62,871 bases of DNA from an uncultured Kineothrix sp. (GTDB lineage Bacteria; Bacillota; Clostridia; Lachnospirales; Lachnospiraceae): the NCBI GenBank assembly GCA_964463365.1, contig CAYXCV010000002.1, forward strand, positions 1 to 62,871, in the 5' to 3' direction. Of this stretch, positions 59,038 through 62,871 are shown one piece after another. The notes under the pieces are model-generated. The model searched no databases, was not told where the DNA came from, and was given only the letters and a program-made list of their open reading frames with translations. Position numbers and translations under genes: made by a program. The first letter of the stretch is position 1. Each line of letters begins with the position of its first letter.

Positions 59038-60252
59038 AAAGGAAACCGTAAAGGTAGTGCCTTGTCCTTGCATACTTTGCACAGACAAAATACCACCCTG
59101 ACCTTCAATAATTGATTTTGCAAGGGGTAAACCTAATCCCACTCCTTGTGTATCCAATGAATTCTTGCTGCGATAAAAGCGTTTGAAAATATGATGGATA
59201 TCTTCCGGTACAATTCCTGCGCCATCATCTCTTACTGTTAAATGCAGCAAGGCAGGACTCTGCTCCCAGGAAATCCAAACATGACCTCCTGACGATGTAT
59301 GATCCAAGGCATTTTTGATTAAGTTCCCAATTGCTTCTATTGTCCATACAAAATCACAAGTAATCATATCCTCAGGACTGCCGCTAATAATCAACTGCTT
59401 ATTTTCTCTTTGTGCTCTGGTATCAAGAGATTCCTTAGCCTGATTGACTATTTCCTTTACCGTGCATCTTTTTTTCTCAAATAGAATGTTACCGGCATCC
59501 AGTTTTGTTATTTTTAACAGAGCCTGAATCAGCTGTTCCATTCGTCCTAATGCATGGTTTGTTTTTCCGGAAAAGTTTGTGACTGTTTCTATATTATCCG
59601 GTTCATCTATTATAATTTCATTGTACATACTAAGGGCTGCCAGTGGTGTTTTAAGCTGATGGGAAATATCCGAAATGGTATTTTTTAAGAATTCTTTTGA
59701 CACTTGCTCGGTTTCATTCTTTGCCTGTAACGCCGTTGCCAGTTGGTCAATAGATGAAAAGAGAGAATAAAGCATTCCACTTTCTGCACGGGGCAGATGA
59801 TTTGAGAAATCCCCTTCTGCGTATTCCTTAATTATCTTTGATGCCATACTATAAGTTTGCTCCCGCTTATTAAAAAATCTGATAGCAGCAAGCAAGAGCA
59901 ACACAATTCCTATAAGTAAAAATGGCAGCATAACAATAACCGTCCGGAAATACATATTACGAAGCTCCGGAAAGAAAATAAACGCTGTTTGTTTCGTGAT
60001 ACCTGCTTGCTGTAGAAGCAGGTTGGCTTCTTCACTCTCTTTGGTATTAGTGAGTGCAGTTGTAATGACGTCAACACCGATCCCTTGTTCCAGCAAGGCA
60101 GAAGTAACCGTTTTATTTTTGTTAATTAAAATACTTTTAGTCATTTCGGTTTGCCAAATACAGAAAATCAAACTAAAAAAAAGAAACAGAACGGAGAAAA
60201 TTACTAACATTCTAAAATAATTTCGTGATATTTTATCCCTTAGAAAGCTCAT
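59023..60252 (-). CDS. Sensor histidine kinase
   Basis: 2 TM, ISDISHQLKTPL, NLIKNALDH, DDGAGI, GVGLGL. Confidence 0.94.
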   Translation of the reverse strand: MSFLRDKISRNYFRMLVIFSVLFLFFSLIFCIWQTEMTKSILINKNKTVTSALLEQGIGVDVITTALTNTKESEEANLLLQQAGITKQTAFIFFPELRNMYFRTVIVMLPFLLIGIVLLLLAAIRFFNKREQTYSMASKIIKEYAEGDFSNHLPRAESGMLYSLFSSIDQLATALQAKNETEQVSKEFLKNTISDISHQLKTPLAALSMYNEIIIDEPDNIETVTNFSGKTNHALGRMEQLIQALLKITKLDAGNILFEKKRCTVKEIVNQAKESLDTRAQRENKQLIISGSPEDMITCDFVWTIEAIGNLIKNALDHTSSGGHVWISWEQSPALLHLTVRDDGAGIVPEDIHHIFKRFYRSKNSLDTQGVGLGLPLAKSIIEGQGGILSVQSMQGQGTTFTVSFLTKL

Positions 60253-60944
60253 CACTGCACCTCTTTCCATTGATATCCAAATCCTCTTATTGTCAGTAAG
60301 TGTTTGGGTTTTGATGGATCCTCTTCGATTTTTTCACGTAATCTCCTAATATAGACCGATAACGTATTATCATCAACAAAGTTTCCGGTACCATCCCACA
60401 AATTATCTAAAATACTGTTTCTAGTCATTGTTTGATTTGAGTTTCTGATCAATAAACAGAGCAAACGATACTCTGCTCCTGTTAATTCTATGGAAACATT
60501 GTTTTTCATCACGCGACTGCCAAGTAAATCAATTGTAATATTTCCGCTGGTGATATAATTTTTATTATCCTGCTCCACCAAATTTGCACGCCGCAGCAAA
60601 GCATGAATACGGGAAAGCAATTCTCCTATCTTAAACGGCTTTGTAATATAGTCGTCGGCACCACTATCTAAGCCACGAATCACATTCACCTCTTCATCGG
60701 AAGCGGTCAAAAAAATAATGGGAACATTGTTACTGTTCCCTCTCATTCTTTCGCATATTTCAAAACCAGTGCCATCAGGCAGTGTAACATCCAACAGCAA
60801 TAAATCATATTGATTTTGAGTCAAATAGGCATTCGCACTCTCTATTGTCCTGGCAATATCAATATCAAACCCATTCTTTTTCAATGTATATGATAATCCA
60901 TCAATTAAACTAACATCATCCTCAAGAAGTAATATTCTACTCAT
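60252..60944 (-). CDS. OmpR-family response regulator
   Basis: LLLEDD, LDVTLPDG, GADDYITKPF, NTLSVYIRRLREKIE. Confidence 0.95.
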   Translation of the reverse strand: MSRILLLEDDVSLIDGLSYTLKKNGFDIDIARTIESANAYLTQNQYDLLLLDVTLPDGTGFEICERMRGNSNNVPIIFLTASDEEVNVIRGLDSGADDYITKPFKIGELLSRIHALLRRANLVEQDNKNYITSGNITIDLLGSRVMKNNVSIELTGAEYRLLCLLIRNSNQTMTRNSILDNLWDGTGNFVDDNTLSVYIRRLREKIEEDPSKPKHLLTIRGFGYQWKEVQ

Positions 60945-60977
60945 GCTATCTGCCTTTCTTTTCACAATTACAGTTCC

Positions 60978-61415
60978 TTAACTTTTCAACATAAAAAGAA
61001 TAAATAAAATAATTCCTATTACAATACATACTCCGCCAACCAGAAGAAAAACAAAACCTAACCGTTTCCCTAATTTATATTCCTCAACAAAATATTGATT
61101 AGGGCTCTGTGGATTGTAGTGTACGGTAACACTCTGTCCCACTGCCAGCTTCATCACACCGGTTCCAACACCGGATTCCATTGTGTAATTCAGACCATCT
61201 GCATAGTATTCAAAAACAGGATGCTTACTTCGTGTATTATCTTCATGGGAATGTCTCACCTCATACCCTATTACTTTTCCAACTGTAACGGCAGTACACT
61301 TTCGCTCCTTCGACTTATAAGCATAATACATAAAGAAACCTATCAGTAAAAAGACCAATCCGATTCCACACCATATTCCTAAAAACATTTTTGCAAATAA
61401 CATGATATTATACAT
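60978..61415 (-). CDS. DUF3592-like membrane protein
   Basis: TM, GKV...HPVFEY...GQSVTVHYNPQSP, TM. Confidence 0.8.
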   Translation of the reverse strand: MYNIMLFAKMFLGIWCGIGLVFLLIGFFMYYAYKSKERKCTAVTVGKVIGYEVRHSHEDNTRSKHPVFEYYADGLNYTMESGVGTGVMKLAVGQSVTVHYNPQSPNQYFVEEYKLGKRLGFVFLLVGGVCIVIGIILFILFMLKS

Positions 61416-61445
61416 ATCCCCCTCCTAATATTCCTAAATTGATCA

Positions 61446-61898
61446 TTAATCAAATTCACCTGCTTTAGGACTATAACTTCCTGTAACTTCAATAATATTG
61501 CCATCCGGATCTGTGAATTGAAAGTAATAATATGGGCTTACATTACAAACATACTTTATCTTTGTTAAATGATCCGTAATCTTTAAATCCTTAATTCGTT
61601 GGTATTCTTTCAACAAATTCTCATCCCAAAAGTTTAACACAGTTTTACGGCAATTGGGCATACTGGATATGGTCTCCAAATCATCAAAGTATTCTGCATA
61701 TTCACCCCTGTGTACTACTTTATCCGGGTTTTTTGAATCAAAATAACCATTCATTAGTGCGATACAGTTTCCCTCAAACTGAAACATTGCAAATCTATCC
61801 ATGTTTTGTGTTGTAACAGGCATTTGAAGTAACTTCTCATAAAATGTAATTGACTTTTTAAAATCCTTAACAATAAAATAGATGCTGGCTAAATGCAT
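61446..61898 (-). CDS. VOC/glyoxalase family protein
   Basis: VKDFKKSITFYEKLL, FQFTDPDGNIIEV. Confidence 0.88.
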   Translation of the reverse strand: MHLASIYFIVKDFKKSITFYEKLLQMPVTTQNMDRFAMFQFEGNCIALMNGYFDSKNPDKVVHRGEYAEYFDDLETISSMPNCRKTVLNFWDENLLKEYQRIKDLKITDHLTKIKYVCNVSPYYYFQFTDPDGNIIEVTGSYSPKAGEFD

Positions 61899-61902
61899 TT
61901 GT

Positions 61903-62490
61903 TCACTCCTTATTCGAATAAATCCAATAATCACCATACTGCGTACCATCGCCGCCTGTAAAAAGCTCCTCTGTTTTACTAAAACCCAGATTTTGAAGTG
62001 CTGTTATACGATCTTTTGCGGCCGGTATTGCCTTCGTTATAATGATGGAACTTTCAAACATCTCCGGACTATCCGGCAAAATAAGTGCAAGGATTTCCTC
62101 TATTTGTGCCGCATGTTCATAATCGCTGCGCAGATCCAGTCTTAACACTCCACAGTTGTTAAAATAATCATTTGATTTCCTATTAAATAATTCAACGGAG
62201 CCAACTGTTATATTTTTCTGTTTATCCACAATACTCCAGCGGATAAATTGACGGTTCTCATAAGAATCCAACCATAATTGTATACTGTGACTCATTTGCT
62301 CCAGTGTCACATTCTCATACCCAAAATTGCAATTATCATCGTTCATCAATGCAAGAGCTGCTTTGTCCCTATAACATTTCAATAAATCTTCCGCATCTTT
62401 TGTTTCAACAAACCGCAGACAAAAATTATCATTCTCGAATACAGGACATAAATCATAAGGATTTCTTTGTTTTGACATATTAATAACCAT
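61903..62490 (-). CDS. GNAT (RimJ/RimL-like) acetyltransferase
   Basis: LRFVETKDAEDL, RWSIVDK, VGSVEL, LQNLGF. Confidence 0.75.
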   Translation of the reverse strand: MVINMSKQRNPYDLCPVFENDNFCLRFVETKDAEDLLKCYRDKAALALMNDDNCNFGYENVTLEQMSHSIQLWLDSYENRQFIRWSIVDKQKNITVGSVELFNRKSNDYFNNCGVLRLDLRSDYEHAAQIEEILALILPDSPEMFESSIIITKAIPAAKDRITALQNLGFSKTEELFTGGDGTQYGDYWIYSNKE

Positions 62491-62576
62491 ACCCTTTCCA
62501 TTACTTTTTTATTTTATAATAACAAAGCATTGATGACAACTGTATGTCATTAGCTTTCATAACATTATTTTAAAAT

Positions 62577-62870
62577 TTAACAGTATTTATTGTATTCACC
62601 ATCCGGAAAGGGGTTTTCTAATCCCAGCACTCTTGGCCATAAACTTGTGTCATCTATAATAAATCCCATTATCATTCCCATATGAGTATGTAAATGTCTG
62701 AACTGTGCCAGAATCAATGTAAACTTATTGTACTCACAGTAAGGCGGGAACTTCAATAGTTGATTGTCTGTTAACCTGGAGAGATAAGAATCTATTTTTA
62801 TTTCAATATCAGAAAAGTATTGATTTATTTCTTCTCTTGTAAGGCTCTTTTTTGAACTTACATCTAAGTT
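62577..62870 (-). CDS. 3' part of a probable DinB-family protein (runs off the window; absent from the ORF track)
   Basis: Open frame NLDVSSKKSLTREEINQYF...LILAQFRHLHTHMGMIMGF...EYNKYC*; HxxxHxG motif. Confidence 0.65.
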   Translation of the reverse strand, partial: NLDVSSKKSLTREEINQYFSDIEIKIDSYLSRLTDNQLLKFPPYCEYNKFTLILAQFRHLHTHMGMIMGFIIDDTSLWPRVLGLENPFPDGEYNKYC

Positions 62871-62871
62871 A

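Noticed and set aside
62780-62810. Suspected frameshift in an A-run of the DinB-like gene
   Set aside because: Recount gives GAA ATA AAA ATA GAT, so the frame is open

Overview
Chromosomal segment of a low-GC Firmicute, most likely Lachnospiraceae/Clostridia (PolC-type DNA polymerase, MEP pathway, anaerobic B12 pathway). Every credible gene is on the minus strand. In plus-strand order the window holds: tRNA-Glu(CTC); a CheY and a CheX-like protein with MshEN-like repeats; the conserved pyrH-frr-uppS-cdsA-dxr-rseP-ispG-polC block interrupted by a PP2C phosphatase/Ser-Thr kinase pair; a multistep phosphorelay (PAS kinase, REC-HD-GYP, CheY-like, Hpt); a GAF-GGDEF-EAL gene split by an apparent 1-bp deletion; an unusual cluster of degenerate phosphoribosyltransferase, orphan OadB-like protein, short KdpD/KdpE-like pair, Pit and DUF47, preceded by a 163-bp palindrome; an MFS exporter; a cell-wall module (secreted repeat protein, OmpR regulator, kinase, membrane accessory protein, amidase-deacetylase fusion with four 11-bp phased repeats upstream); a 23-gene cobalamin operon under a cobalamin riboswitch; a two-component/ABC exporter module with a BceR-type box; and small DUF3592, VOC, GNAT and DinB-like genes. 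No transposase, integrase, prophage or CRISPR array was seen. All calls come from reading motifs by eye; no searches were run.
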